DNA from: a virus
Lineage: Duplodnaviria; Heunggongvirae; Uroviricota; Caudoviricetes
Length of the DNA stretch: 26,322 bases
Virus record (IMG/VR): IMGVR_UViG_3300045988_013119
Span: 1-26,322 of that record
Direction: 5' to 3' (one strand)
Shown here piece by piece: positions 17,356 to 24,681 of this stretch. The translations under genes were made by a program, and so were the position numbers. The stretch's first letter is position 1, and each line of letters begins with the position of its first letter. The notes beneath the pieces were generated by a model that was given only the letters and a program-made list of their open reading frames with translations, searched no databases and had not been told where the DNA came from.

Positions 17356-19031
17356 TGTGATTGCCCACCCTGACCACTAACTGCATTCGCCATAGCTGAC
17401 AACACACTCGGATCCGAAGTTTTAGCTTCGCTTAGCGTCTTGGCCCCCTGTGCCGCCGCCATCCCCATCGCCATCATTTGTTGCTGCTGTTGTTGCTGTG
17501 CCCGTTGCTGGCGAGCCTGCTCAACCTGTTCCTGCGGAACAATGACGGTTGGAGACACTCCGGACATATCAGCGAATGCATCGATCGCCTGATCAACGTT
17601 GAGTTTGTCGAGAGCTTCTGGTTTCGCTTGCGCAAGTTGACCAATGAAGTTAACCGTGGACGCCAGACTGGACAGGCCGATAGACTTCTGCGCCTGAGCC
17701 ATGACGGAAATGTATTCGACCTTCAGGGGCATGCCTTCCATCGCGTCAGGCGGTGGCGGCAGCATGTTTTTGCGCACCATCATCGAGAAAGCGCGGTCAA
17801 TGAGAGGATTAAGACATTCGTCGTTCAGACGCTCCAGAACCGGCCCCAACATCAGAAGTTTTTCTTCTTTCATTTCGATCACCGCTTCAACAGGCATCGA
17901 GCGGGTATTGATGTTCTGCAACATCATGAACAGATCGACAAAGTAGGCGCTGTTAATGATTTGACGAGTGTCCTGAATGTCTGCCACCAAATCTGCTGTA
18001 CTGGGGTTAACCAGATAAGCAGGCCTGAAGCCATCCTGACCAGTAATCTGATCGATATACGTGATGTCGCCAGGAAGAAGGGAGGCGCGCTGATTCTTGA
18101 GGGAAGTCGGAGCAACCATCGGCGGATTGGTGGCTTTATCAATCAACTGCGACTTGCGCTTCTGGAGAAGCTGCAATGCCTTAACAGGTCCAAGCGCCAG
18201 CATACCCGGGCATGATGATCCATAAACATCTTCGCCGTTAACTTCCCAGCGCGGAGCCATAATTGGAAACTCATCGAATCCGGACTCACGCAACAACTTG
18301 TCGTTATCTCCACCAACCTCGTAATAAACCGATTTGAATGGCTTGTTCTTGCTATCCAGCTTCGATGTATCGCGGTCAATGTTCGGGTAAACCGAATGCA
18401 TCACTTCGATCCACTTCTCGTAGGTGCCGCTTTCCCACATGCTTTTTACGGATTCGCTGACGTTATTTAGCCCGAACTCCTGAACAAGCTGACGAACAGT
18501 CATAGAGAACTTGCGAAAACAGGTGTCAACACTGCCACGAGGTGAGTTAGCCAGGTAGTAACTGCCTATCGGGAATGGCATTGTGCGAATGATGTCCTCG
18601 TCATCCTCCAGCACTGCCATTGCACCAGTGCTGTATGTGCCGAGGCTTCCGTATAACTGCGGAAGAGACTGGTAGAGATTCGACTTATTGAACATATCGT
18701 TCATGCGGTTCTGAACTGCCTCAAGCCACAACTTAACAGGGCCATAATCCATCATTTCAGGATCTGGCGTAGCCAGGCGAAACCACGGACGCGCGGGGCT
18801 TGTGATGCCTGACATCATGCCGCTGGCGAGAGTGCGCGCCGCCATAGTCCCGGTCGAATCAATAATGCGTGTATTGCGCCGATCGTTACGGTTGGCCTCA
18901 GAAGTCAGAAAGCGGGAACCACGCGGGTTGATGTAATCACTCAACTCGCGCCAGTGCGGCTCGAACGACTGACGCTCGCTTTCAAGTTGTGCGAACTGTT
19001 TGTTCAATCGCTCTTTAGTTGTTTCCGCCAT
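17352..19031 (-). CDS. Portal protein, 559 aa
   Basis: Large ORF immediately upstream of scaffold and capsid with GGAG RBS. The Gln/Ala/Gly-rich C-terminal tail (QQRAQQQQQQQMMAMGMAAAQG) resembles the T7 gp8 C-terminus by memory. Confidence 0.8.
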   Translation of the reverse strand: MAETTKERLNKQFAQLESERQSFEPHWRELSDYINPRGSRFLTSEANRNDRRNTRIIDSTGTMAARTLASGMMSGITSPARPWFRLATPDPEMMDYGPVKLWLEAVQNRMNDMFNKSNLYQSLPQLYGSLGTYSTGAMAVLEDDEDIIRTMPFPIGSYYLANSPRGSVDTCFRKFSMTVRQLVQEFGLNNVSESVKSMWESGTYEKWIEVMHSVYPNIDRDTSKLDSKNKPFKSVYYEVGGDNDKLLRESGFDEFPIMAPRWEVNGEDVYGSSCPGMLALGPVKALQLLQKRKSQLIDKATNPPMVAPTSLKNQRASLLPGDITYIDQITGQDGFRPAYLVNPSTADLVADIQDTRQIINSAYFVDLFMMLQNINTRSMPVEAVIEMKEEKLLMLGPVLERLNDECLNPLIDRAFSMMVRKNMLPPPPDAMEGMPLKVEYISVMAQAQKSIGLSSLASTVNFIGQLAQAKPEALDKLNVDQAIDAFADMSGVSPTVIVPQEQVEQARQQRAQQQQQQQMMAMGMAAAQGAKTLSEAKTSDPSVLSAMANAVSGQGGQSQ

Positions 19032-19045
19032 TTCAATGACTCCGG

Positions 19046-19252
19046 TTACTGACCAAGCAGCGTTTTACCGCTGGTATTAGCGGTTGATGTGTCGCCCTGA
19101 GAACCGGTAAGCAGCGTAGAACTACGACCAGCAGCAGCGCGACGGCGACGTGTTTCTTCGTCGCGGGCATCAACAACGGCAGCATCCTGCTCCTGTGGTG
19201 CTGCCTGAACTTCTGGTGTTGCAGGCACTGATGGTGAGCTACCCATGCACAT
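19046..19252 (-). CDS. Small hypothetical protein, 68 aa, upstream of portal
   Basis: ATG at 19252 with GGAG 8 nt upstream. Its start context (CGGAGTCATTGA then ATG) duplicates the portal start context at 19033-19044, which supports a real translation start. Confidence 0.5.
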   Translation of the reverse strand: MCMGSSPSVPATPEVQAAPQEQDAAVVDARDEETRRRRAAAGRSSTLLTGSQGDTSTANTSGKTLLGQ

Positions 19253-19341
19253 ATCAATGACTCCGTACGCAATTAAATTATTACCAATTTAACCACATAT
19301 GATTTATTTATCGTAGATAGTTGACATTTAACGCGCGAATT

Positions 19342-19358
19342 ATTACCTTTCAGGTAAC
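19342..19358. promoter_or_regulatory. Operator-like inverted repeat ATTACCTTTCAGGTAAC (copy C)
   Basis: Shares ATTACCTT-N3-GGTAA with copies A and B. A perfect TTGACA hexamer lies at 19321-19326, and the 10-mer AATTATTACC is also present at 19276-19285. Confidence 0.4.
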
Positions 19359-19679
19359 TAAAGAGTTCATTCCGGTTACTAACCTGACTGGCTTGTCGTT
19401 AAATTGAACAGGTGGAGTGAGCTTTTATTTTGAGCAGTACGGCGTATGGCACATGCGACGATAGCGGTCTGGATACGTTTAAGGGGCACCCTCCCTTGCT
19501 CGGGCAAACGAACCAGGTAGCCGGAATGTGCAAGTCGAGCGGTTTTATTCCGCGCACGGGGATTCACCATCCCGGCGATTCGGTGTGACGCCTCGGAAGA
19601 GACGAGGGTACAACGATGAGAGCATTTATGGAGCCGCGACAAAGTGTGGTGCCTTAACAGGCTAAGTGCTCTCAGCGTT

Positions 19680-19756
19680 GTGGCATTAGCTCAGTTGGAC
19701 AGAGCAACCGCCTTCTAAGCGGTTGGTCGCAGGTTCGAATCCTGCATGCCACGCCA
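19680..19756 (+). tRNA. tRNA-Arg (anticodon UCU), phage-encoded, argU-like core with a divergent acceptor stem
   Basis: Cloverleaf read by hand: acceptor GTGGCAT/ATGCCAC, D-arm GCTC-AGTTGGACA-GAGC, anticodon arm ACCGC-CTTCTAA-GCGGT (anticodon TCT), variable TGGTC, T-arm GCAGG-TTCGAAT-CCTGC, discriminator G, encoded CCA. Confidence 0.85.
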
Positions 19757-19799
19757 GAATCACGCCTAAGGACCGTGATGCCAGAAGTTCCAGGGGCTT

Positions 19800-19841
19800 G
19801 GCGGTGATGGTTTCCCTTGAAGGACTATCACCGCCCTTTTT
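19800..19841 (+). terminator. Terminator downstream of the tRNA (GGCGGTGAT ... ATCACCGCC then CTTTTT)
   Basis: 9-bp perfect stem with an 18-nt loop followed by a T-run. Confidence 0.5.
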
Positions 19842-19919
19842 ACAGCAGGACGCCATTGCGATGACTTCATGCTGTAAACCAGTACAGCCACGGAAGGCAT
19901 AACTCATTGCTTCCAGTTC

Positions 19920-19943
19920 GCCCGGTTCGCCGGGCATTTTTTT
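19920..19943 (+). terminator. Strong hairpin plus U-tract (GCCCGG-TTCG-CCGGGC then ATTTTTTT) abutting the RBS of the 140-aa ORF; terminator or attenuator
   Basis: 6-bp GC stem with a UUCG tetraloop and 7 T. Only about 11 nt separate the T-run from the ATG at 19955. Confidence 0.6.
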
Positions 19944-19954
19944 AAGGTGAGATT

Positions 19955-20377
19955 ATGAAGACAATTGATATGTTGGCTAAGTATCTAAATGAATGGCCAT
20001 TAAAATATTCTCGTATCGTTCAGGCTGAAGACTGCGTTTTTTATGGCGTTTTTGCTGGTAATGAAATGCATTACGAAGTAATTCAGAGTGAGGGACTGAC
20101 CGGGTTAACTCTTAGCGAAGACCATGGTACTAGCGTTACGTTCCATGACTGGATAACAGCACAACGTTCTGAAATGGAAAAAGGCGATGTGTTTGATATT
20201 TCTCGCTCTGTATACGCCAAAGAAAAAAGTGATGATGATTACATGCGCGAAAACTTATACAACATGAAGTTACAATGCCTGGCTGAAGTGCTTAGTAAAA
20301 GATCTTTACTTGATGTGGTTGGTGCTGAGCAGGACGCCAAGGCAATCAACGCCGCATTCGATAAAATAACCTTCTAA
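19955..20377 (+). CDS. Hypothetical soluble protein, 140 aa, on a cargo locus between terminase and portal
   Basis: AAGGTGA RBS. The ORF looks AT-rich by eye and is transcribed opposite to the late operon. It has its own terminator and no hydrophobic segments. I recognise no homology. Confidence 0.75.
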   Translation: MKTIDMLAKYLNEWPLKYSRIVQAEDCVFYGVFAGNEMHYEVIQSEGLTGLTLSEDHGTSVTFHDWITAQRSEMEKGDVFDISRSVYAKEKSDDDYMRENLYNMKLQCLAEVLSKRSLLDVVGAEQDAKAINAAFDKITF

Positions 20378-20381
20378 CGCA

Positions 20382-20393
20382 GTGACATGTCAC
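20382..20393. repeat. 12-bp perfect palindrome GTGACATGTCAC, copy 2
   Basis: Exact 12-mer 5 nt after the TAA stop of the 140-aa ORF and 4 nt before the terminator hairpin. Confidence 0.9.
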
Positions 20394-20396
20394 AAA

Positions 20397-20424
20397 CAGC
20401 CAGCCGATGAGCTGGCTTTGTTTT
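20397..20424 (+). terminator. Rho-independent terminator (AGCCAGC-CGATGA-GCTGGCT then TTGTTTT)
   Basis: 7-bp stem and T-rich tail between the convergent 140-aa ORF and the terminase large subunit gene. Confidence 0.65.
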
Positions 20425-20467
20425 ATCCTCATCAGAGGATATCAACGACATTATCCCCACCAGCGGA

Positions 20468-21943
20468 TTAAGCATAGGGATCGTAATCTGTGATGGCCTT
20501 GCCTTGCTGGTTCTGCTGACCGGGAATTCGCAGACGCTTCGACACAGGGAACGCAAACGTCAGCAGTAGCGCATCGCCTTTACCAGGAGAACGCCCAAGC
20601 CGCTCCTTGATATCTTCCTTCTGTTCGATAATGATTTTACCGTCCACGCGAACTTTGTACTCTGCCGCCGACAGGTCGTCCGCTGTTTCCTGGTCATCCA
20701 GCATGCCGCCCAGCCTCAGCCATGTCTTGCATGAATTGAACATCTCCCCACGCTTGTTGAGCATCTGCGGGTCAGTAGACGCGCCACCGAACGGAACAAG
20801 TTGCCATGTACGACCCCATCCGTCACCGATTGACTTCAAACCGGTTCCGTAACCGAAGTCGATGAACACCGCGTCAGCCTGATACTGGTCTTCAAAGTCA
20901 GCGATACGCTTTGCCATAATCAGATCGTCAGTGGTCTTGTTGCCAGTCCACAGCACCTTACTGTGCAGCCCCTGCCGCAGGTATATCACAGCGTCATCAA
21001 CGCCTGAGTATGCCGGGTCAACGCCGATTATCACCGGAGCATGTGCAACCTGCGCAGCGGTGACCACCCGTTTCATTGCCTCGTCAGTAAGTCCGGTAGG
21101 GATAAACTGCAATTCAGATGCATCCGGGAATATGCCGCGCACACGGATTTTAACGAAGTCGCTGTCTTCCCCGTAGTCATCAACCCATTTCTGCAACTGC
21201 TGTTTGTTGGTGCCTTCCACCGTCCGGCTGTCAATCTGCGCAGTTTTCCAGCGGTGTTTATATTTGCGGAAACATTCGCGGAAACGTCCGGTATTACGCG
21301 TCGGGTTTCCGAACGCCACCCAGATAATCTCAGTGTCTTCGTCCGTTAGCGCACCCTCGGCAACTTCCCACACCAGATCCGCAATGTTCGACGCTTCATC
21401 GAATACCACGATGATGCGTTTGCGCTCGTTGTGTAGTCCGGCGAATGCCTCAGTGTTGTGCTCAGACCAGGGTATTGCGTCAGCTCGCCACCGCTTGTCG
21501 TGTCCAGGATCATTGCTGTACATCGCGGTAGCGGTACAGGTAAACCAGTCTTTCGTGATAGCAAGGTTCGACCACTTGATAATTTCCGGCCAGGTCTTCG
21601 TTCGTAGCTGGTTGTCGGTGTTGGCGGTCACCACAACCTTACAATCCTCGCAAGTGGACATGCCCCAGTTGATCAGCATTGAGATGAATGCGGATTTACC
21701 AATACCGTGACCCGAAGCGCGTGCCAGCATAAGCGGCTGATAGCGCGTCTCTGGATTCTGCAGGTGATCACGTATCTCTCGGAACGCATCAGCCTGCCAC
21801 TGACGTGGACCGGTGGCATGTGCCAGTTCAGTCCCATCTTCCCCCCACGGGAACGCATAGAGGGCATAGCCAAGCGGATCGTGAGTGAACCCTGCAATAT
21901 CCTCGATTAACTGCTCTTCAGGAGATAACGCTGTATCTGTCAC
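20468..21943 (-). CDS. Terminase large subunit, 491 aa
   Basis: P-loop-like SGHGIGKS, Walker-B-like IIVVFDEAS, a C-terminal nuclease-type region (VIIGVDPAYSG), and a four-nt overlap with the small subunit gene. Confidence 0.9.
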   Translation of the reverse strand: MTDTALSPEEQLIEDIAGFTHDPLGYALYAFPWGEDGTELAHATGPRQWQADAFREIRDHLQNPETRYQPLMLARASGHGIGKSAFISMLINWGMSTCEDCKVVVTANTDNQLRTKTWPEIIKWSNLAITKDWFTCTATAMYSNDPGHDKRWRADAIPWSEHNTEAFAGLHNERKRIIVVFDEASNIADLVWEVAEGALTDEDTEIIWVAFGNPTRNTGRFRECFRKYKHRWKTAQIDSRTVEGTNKQQLQKWVDDYGEDSDFVKIRVRGIFPDASELQFIPTGLTDEAMKRVVTAAQVAHAPVIIGVDPAYSGVDDAVIYLRQGLHSKVLWTGNKTTDDLIMAKRIADFEDQYQADAVFIDFGYGTGLKSIGDGWGRTWQLVPFGGASTDPQMLNKRGEMFNSCKTWLRLGGMLDDQETADDLSAAEYKVRVDGKIIIEQKEDIKERLGRSPGKGDALLLTFAFPVSKRLRIPGQQNQQGKAITDYDPYA

Positions 21944-22536
21944 TGATTACCATCCTGACGTTCTTTGAGTCGCTTCCTGGCTGCTGCTATGCGATCAGCA
22001 ATTGTCACATTCACATTAACATCCAGACGTTCTTTGAATGCGTTGACATCAACATGCTTACCAATCAGCTCAAGGTTCTTCACCTTGTCAGGCCATTTAA
22101 TTTTTTTGAGGATTGTCTCTATTGAATCCTCGTTCATGTTCATGATGGTCGATGACAGATCAAAGCCACTAAGCGTAGTGCGCCAGATTTTCGGCCACTC
22201 ACGGATTGGTTTAAGGCTCCCATCGTCGTTGAGGATGTCGATCACGTCCATCTGGTCGATCTCCACCAGGCGCATGAGAACGTAATCAGCACTGACACGC
22301 ATTCGTTTGTTGCGCTCCTCCATCAACTCGGCAATCCGTTTCTGAATGCGTTCATCGCGCATCATGACACTGGCTTTAACTGCCGCTGTATTTGGGGAGA
22401 ATCCTGCGTTAATCGCAGCCTGAGTCTGGTTTTCAGGCGTTTTGATGTATGACTGGCAATAAGCCTCCTGCATTGCTGTGAGCGGCTTAAATTGCGTTGA
22501 TTTGCGTTTATAGGTTTTAGGTTCAGCAGGCATCAT
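21940..22536 (-). CDS. Terminase small subunit, 198 aa
   Basis: Start moved to the ATGATG at 22536; the track's TTG at 22614 would run through the terminator-like hairpin. The N-terminus (KPLTAMQEAYCQSYIKTPENQTQAAINAGFSPNTA) has the typical small-terminase pattern. Confidence 0.8.
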   Translation of the reverse strand: MMPAEPKTYKRKSTQFKPLTAMQEAYCQSYIKTPENQTQAAINAGFSPNTAAVKASVMMRDERIQKRIAELMEERNKRMRVSADYVLMRLVEIDQMDVIDILNDDGSLKPIREWPKIWRTTLSGFDLSSTIMNMNEDSIETILKKIKWPDKVKNLELIGKHVDVNAFKERLDVNVNVTIADRIAAARKRLKERQDGNQ

Positions 22537-22579
22537 AACCACCGTGGTAATTGTTACCGTTGTGGTAATAGTACCATGC

Positions 22580-22605
22580 AAAATAAAGCCGCCATAGTTG
22601 GCGGC
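22580..22605 (-). terminator. Terminator-like hairpin (GCCGCC-AACTAT-GGCGGC then TTTATTTT on the minus strand) immediately upstream of the late operon
   Basis: 6-bp GC stem and U-tract between the early-region genes and the small terminase start, like a lambdoid tR-prime/antitermination arrangement. Confidence 0.5.
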
Positions 22606-22646
22606 AGTATTCAAAATCCATCAAATTCATCATGCATAATCTACTC

Positions 22647-22658
22647 GTGACATGTCAC
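22647..22658. repeat. 12-bp perfect palindrome GTGACATGTCAC, copy 3
   Basis: Exact 12-mer overlapping the stop codon of the 22655-22993 gene, about 40 nt upstream (in the transcription direction) of the hairpin at 22580-22605. Confidence 0.9.
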
Positions 22659-22993
22659 ACTATTAATTTCGTTTCATGCCAGCCTTTAGTCACCCAGCAT
22701 TGCGAGTCACCATTACACGGGCATGAATTAACTGGAACTCTCTCGCCGCACTTACCGCAACGTTTTCTGCTGATCGATTTTATACGCCCGCGCACGCGTG
22801 CATCATCCTGGCGGATCAGTAACGCTATATACTCACCAAATTCGTAAGGCGCACGCCCGGGGCGACGCGTGGCACAGTTACGCTCCAGCATTTCAATTTC
22901 CTGAGCATCAAGCACAATCTCCAGCTTACGCACACCAGATGCAGCTTGTCTGGCTCTCTGAGCGGCTTTGCGCTCTGCTGCTGATTTAGCCAT
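22655..22993 (-). CDS. Basic protein with C-terminal Cys cluster (zinc-finger-like), 112 aa; candidate late-gene regulator by position
   Basis: ATG at 22993; the track's 22996 start is a TTG. The C-terminus reads CGKCGERVPVNSCPCNGDSQC. It is the last early gene before the terminator-like hairpin and terminase. Confidence 0.7.
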   Translation of the reverse strand: MAKSAAERKAAQRARQAASGVRKLEIVLDAQEIEMLERNCATRRPGRAPYEFGEYIALLIRQDDARVRGRIKSISRKRCGKCGERVPVNSCPCNGDSQCWVTKGWHETKLIV

Positions 22994-23267
22994 CAATATT
23001 TACCTTTATCGCGAACACCTTTACCGGTTTATCACCGAAGTGCGGATGTGTGATTGTCTTGATTTCATATCCGTCATACGGGACGTCAATTCTTCGGCTG
23101 GAATCGTCGCGCTTCGGATATCCCTTTGTGATAATCAGGCGGTCATACTCCCGGAACATAATTCGCTTATTCCAGTAGTCATTACACAGGCGATACTCTT
23201 CCGTTTTCTCTCCACGAATCATGGCATCGAAGTATTCACCTTTGACGGCAAGTTGCAGGTTAGCCAT
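22986..23267 (-). CDS. ASCH/DUF3850-like small protein, 93 aa
   Basis: Start at the TAATG overlap with the upstream gene, GGAGG RBS. The motif KGEYFDAMIRGEKTEEYR matches my recollection of the DUF3850 family. Confidence 0.7.
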   Translation of the reverse strand: MANLQLAVKGEYFDAMIRGEKTEEYRLCNDYWNKRIMFREYDRLIITKGYPKRDDSSRRIDVPYDGYEIKTITHPHFGDKPVKVFAIKVNIDG

Positions 23268-23527
23268 TACCGCACCTCCAGTCTCCATACCGCCTGACCA
23301 ATCCGGCTGGCATAGGTATCTTTGGATACTGCTCCGTCTTTAGCCAGCTCCATAAGAATTTTGCGCAAATCTGCCGAACGCCATTCTTCATCAGGAAATT
23401 CCTTCTCCATTGCCAACCGCAGATTCCAGGTTGCTATCGTGAATGGATATTCCCCGCCGAGAGCTTTATCTTGCAGGGCAGCCCGGGAACGCATCACCTG
23501 CAAAACCTTCTCTTTTACATCCATCAT
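23267..23527 (-). CDS. Hypothetical early protein, 86 aa
   Basis: Start at the ATGA overlap with the upstream gene's stop and GAAGGGGG RBS. The track's longer version overlaps the upstream gene by about 150 nt. Confidence 0.6.
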   Translation of the reverse strand: MMDVKEKVLQVMRSRAALQDKALGGEYPFTIATWNLRLAMEKEFPDEEWRSADLRKILMELAKDGAVSKDTYASRIGQAVWRLEVR

Positions 23528-23895
23528 TTCGCCCCCTTCGGAGGTTCTGGCAACGTCATCCAGAACAAGACGTTCCCTAACCACGATAAAGTGCCGTCGC
23601 TCAACTCCACGTATTCCCCTTGCACCTGTCCTGCCATATACTCGCCGTGCTTTGAATAAATTAAAATCCAATCATCTTGAGGGGGCATTCGCTCACTACA
23701 GCTTATCCAACCATCCGGAATTACCGGATAGTTGCCCGACAGTTCGTTCAACTTGTAAGTCTGGCTTACAGTCTCGACTTCCAGCGATGCCAGAGCAATT
23801 TCATAAGCCCGACGCTCAATATTGTCTCGGACGTCCAGGCTGCCTATACGCTCTTTGATTTCTTTAATCAGTTCTTTGTCGGTGAACGTTGTCAT
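23524..23895 (-). CDS. DUF551-like prophage protein, 123 aa
   Basis: The C-terminal signature (WILIYSK...WLGNVLFWMTLPEPP) matches my recollection of DUF551 proteins from enterobacterial prophages. Confidence 0.7.
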   Translation of the reverse strand: MTTFTDKELIKEIKERIGSLDVRDNIERRAYEIALASLEVETVSQTYKLNELSGNYPVIPDGWISCSERMPPQDDWILIYSKHGEYMAGQVQGEYVELSDGTLSWLGNVLFWMTLPEPPKGAK

Positions 23896-23898
23896 GTG

Positions 23899-24186
23899 TT
23901 AGTCCTCATCCACTTCAACGCCATCTTTCAGCGTGATGCCGTGCCAATCATCAGCCCAACTGGTTAGCCCTGGCGCATCAATGCTAGGCATATAGACGCT
24001 TGCAGTGTGGTAGCCCTTATCGTTATCAATGCTGGCAACGTGCTCGCCGTTGTATGCGCTCAGCGTGTCCAGGACGCTATAAAACTTTCCTCCGGCTGCC
24101 CTGAAATCCTTTACAGCCTTCACAAGGCGATTCCACGCTTTTTCCTGTTCTGGCGTCAGGTCGATTAATTCCTGCAAAGTTGCCAT
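23899..24186 (-). CDS. Hypothetical early protein, 95 aa
   Basis: AAGGAG RBS within the conserved junction GCATCAAAGGAGAGTGA. Confidence 0.7.
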   Translation of the reverse strand: MATLQELIDLTPEQEKAWNRLVKAVKDFRAAGGKFYSVLDTLSAYNGEHVASIDNDKGYHTASVYMPSIDAPGLTSWADDWHGITLKDGVEVDED

Positions 24187-24187
24187 A

Positions 24188-24679
24188 TCACTCTCCTTTG
24201 ATGCGAATGCCAGTGGTACTCATTCTCCTGATTTCCCAAAGCACACGAGGAACACCACCGTTTCCGACCGGATCGCGTTTACTCCGCAGGGCGACGCTTG
24301 ATTCCGCCCAGCTTTTTCTTGGAGGAAGCTCTTTCACACGAACAAAACCAGCTGCGCGAAGAGATGCTCCTGATTCATCTGCCTGGGTGTACGTAATACA
24401 ACGTTGATAACCCATAGCTTTTGCTGCCCGCCAGACAGCACCATAAAGCGCGCTGTTAGCGTTGCGTTCTCCTGTGGTACATGTGCGATTTACTTCAAGT
24501 GTTAATCCATCGTCCAAATGTCGTGCAACAGGTCTACCAGCTGTCGCCACACCTATCAATTCTCCGGCATCATTTCTCAGACCAATGCTGAATTTATGCC
24601 CAACAGGTGGTTTATTGTGTCGGTGATGTCTGGATATAAACGCCTTCGCAACACGAAGAGTAACCGGTGAAATTTGCAT
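24188..24679 (-). CDS. Hypothetical protein, 163 aa, possibly GNAT-fold acetyltransferase-like
   Basis: Start at the internal ATG at 24679 with AAGGAG RBS. The motif ASLRAAGFVRV is a weak GNAT-like signature. Confidence 0.65.
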   Translation of the reverse strand: MQISPVTLRVAKAFISRHHRHNKPPVGHKFSIGLRNDAGELIGVATAGRPVARHLDDGLTLEVNRTCTTGERNANSALYGAVWRAAKAMGYQRCITYTQADESGASLRAAGFVRVKELPPRKSWAESSVALRSKRDPVGNGGVPRVLWEIRRMSTTGIRIKGE

Positions 24680-24681
24680 TC

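Noticed and set aside
17478-18215. 245-aa plus-strand ORF
   Set aside because: Antisense inside the portal gene; Leu/Arg/His-rich translation typical of a reverse-frame artefact.
19680-19756. tRNA gene as a prophage integration (att) site
   Set aside because: The tRNA is internal to the late operon between terminase and portal, has its own terminator, and no integrase or direct-repeat att core is present. It is phage-encoded cargo.
19379-19937. Minus-strand ORFs 19379-19642 and 19686-19937
   Set aside because: The second overlaps the tRNA antisense; the first is Arg-rich with no RBS and sits in GC-rich noncoding DNA. Treated as noncoding.
21204-21710. 168-aa plus-strand ORF within the terminase region
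   Set aside because: Antisense to the terminase large subunit gene, which has clear ATPase/nuclease motifs; the plus-strand frame is Ser/Cys-rich noise.
22537-22614. TTG-initiated N-terminal extension of the small terminase in the ORF track
   Set aside because: The extension would translate through a GC hairpin plus U-tract and the direct repeats. The ATGATG at 22536 with conserved terminase N-terminal sequence after it is the more plausible start.
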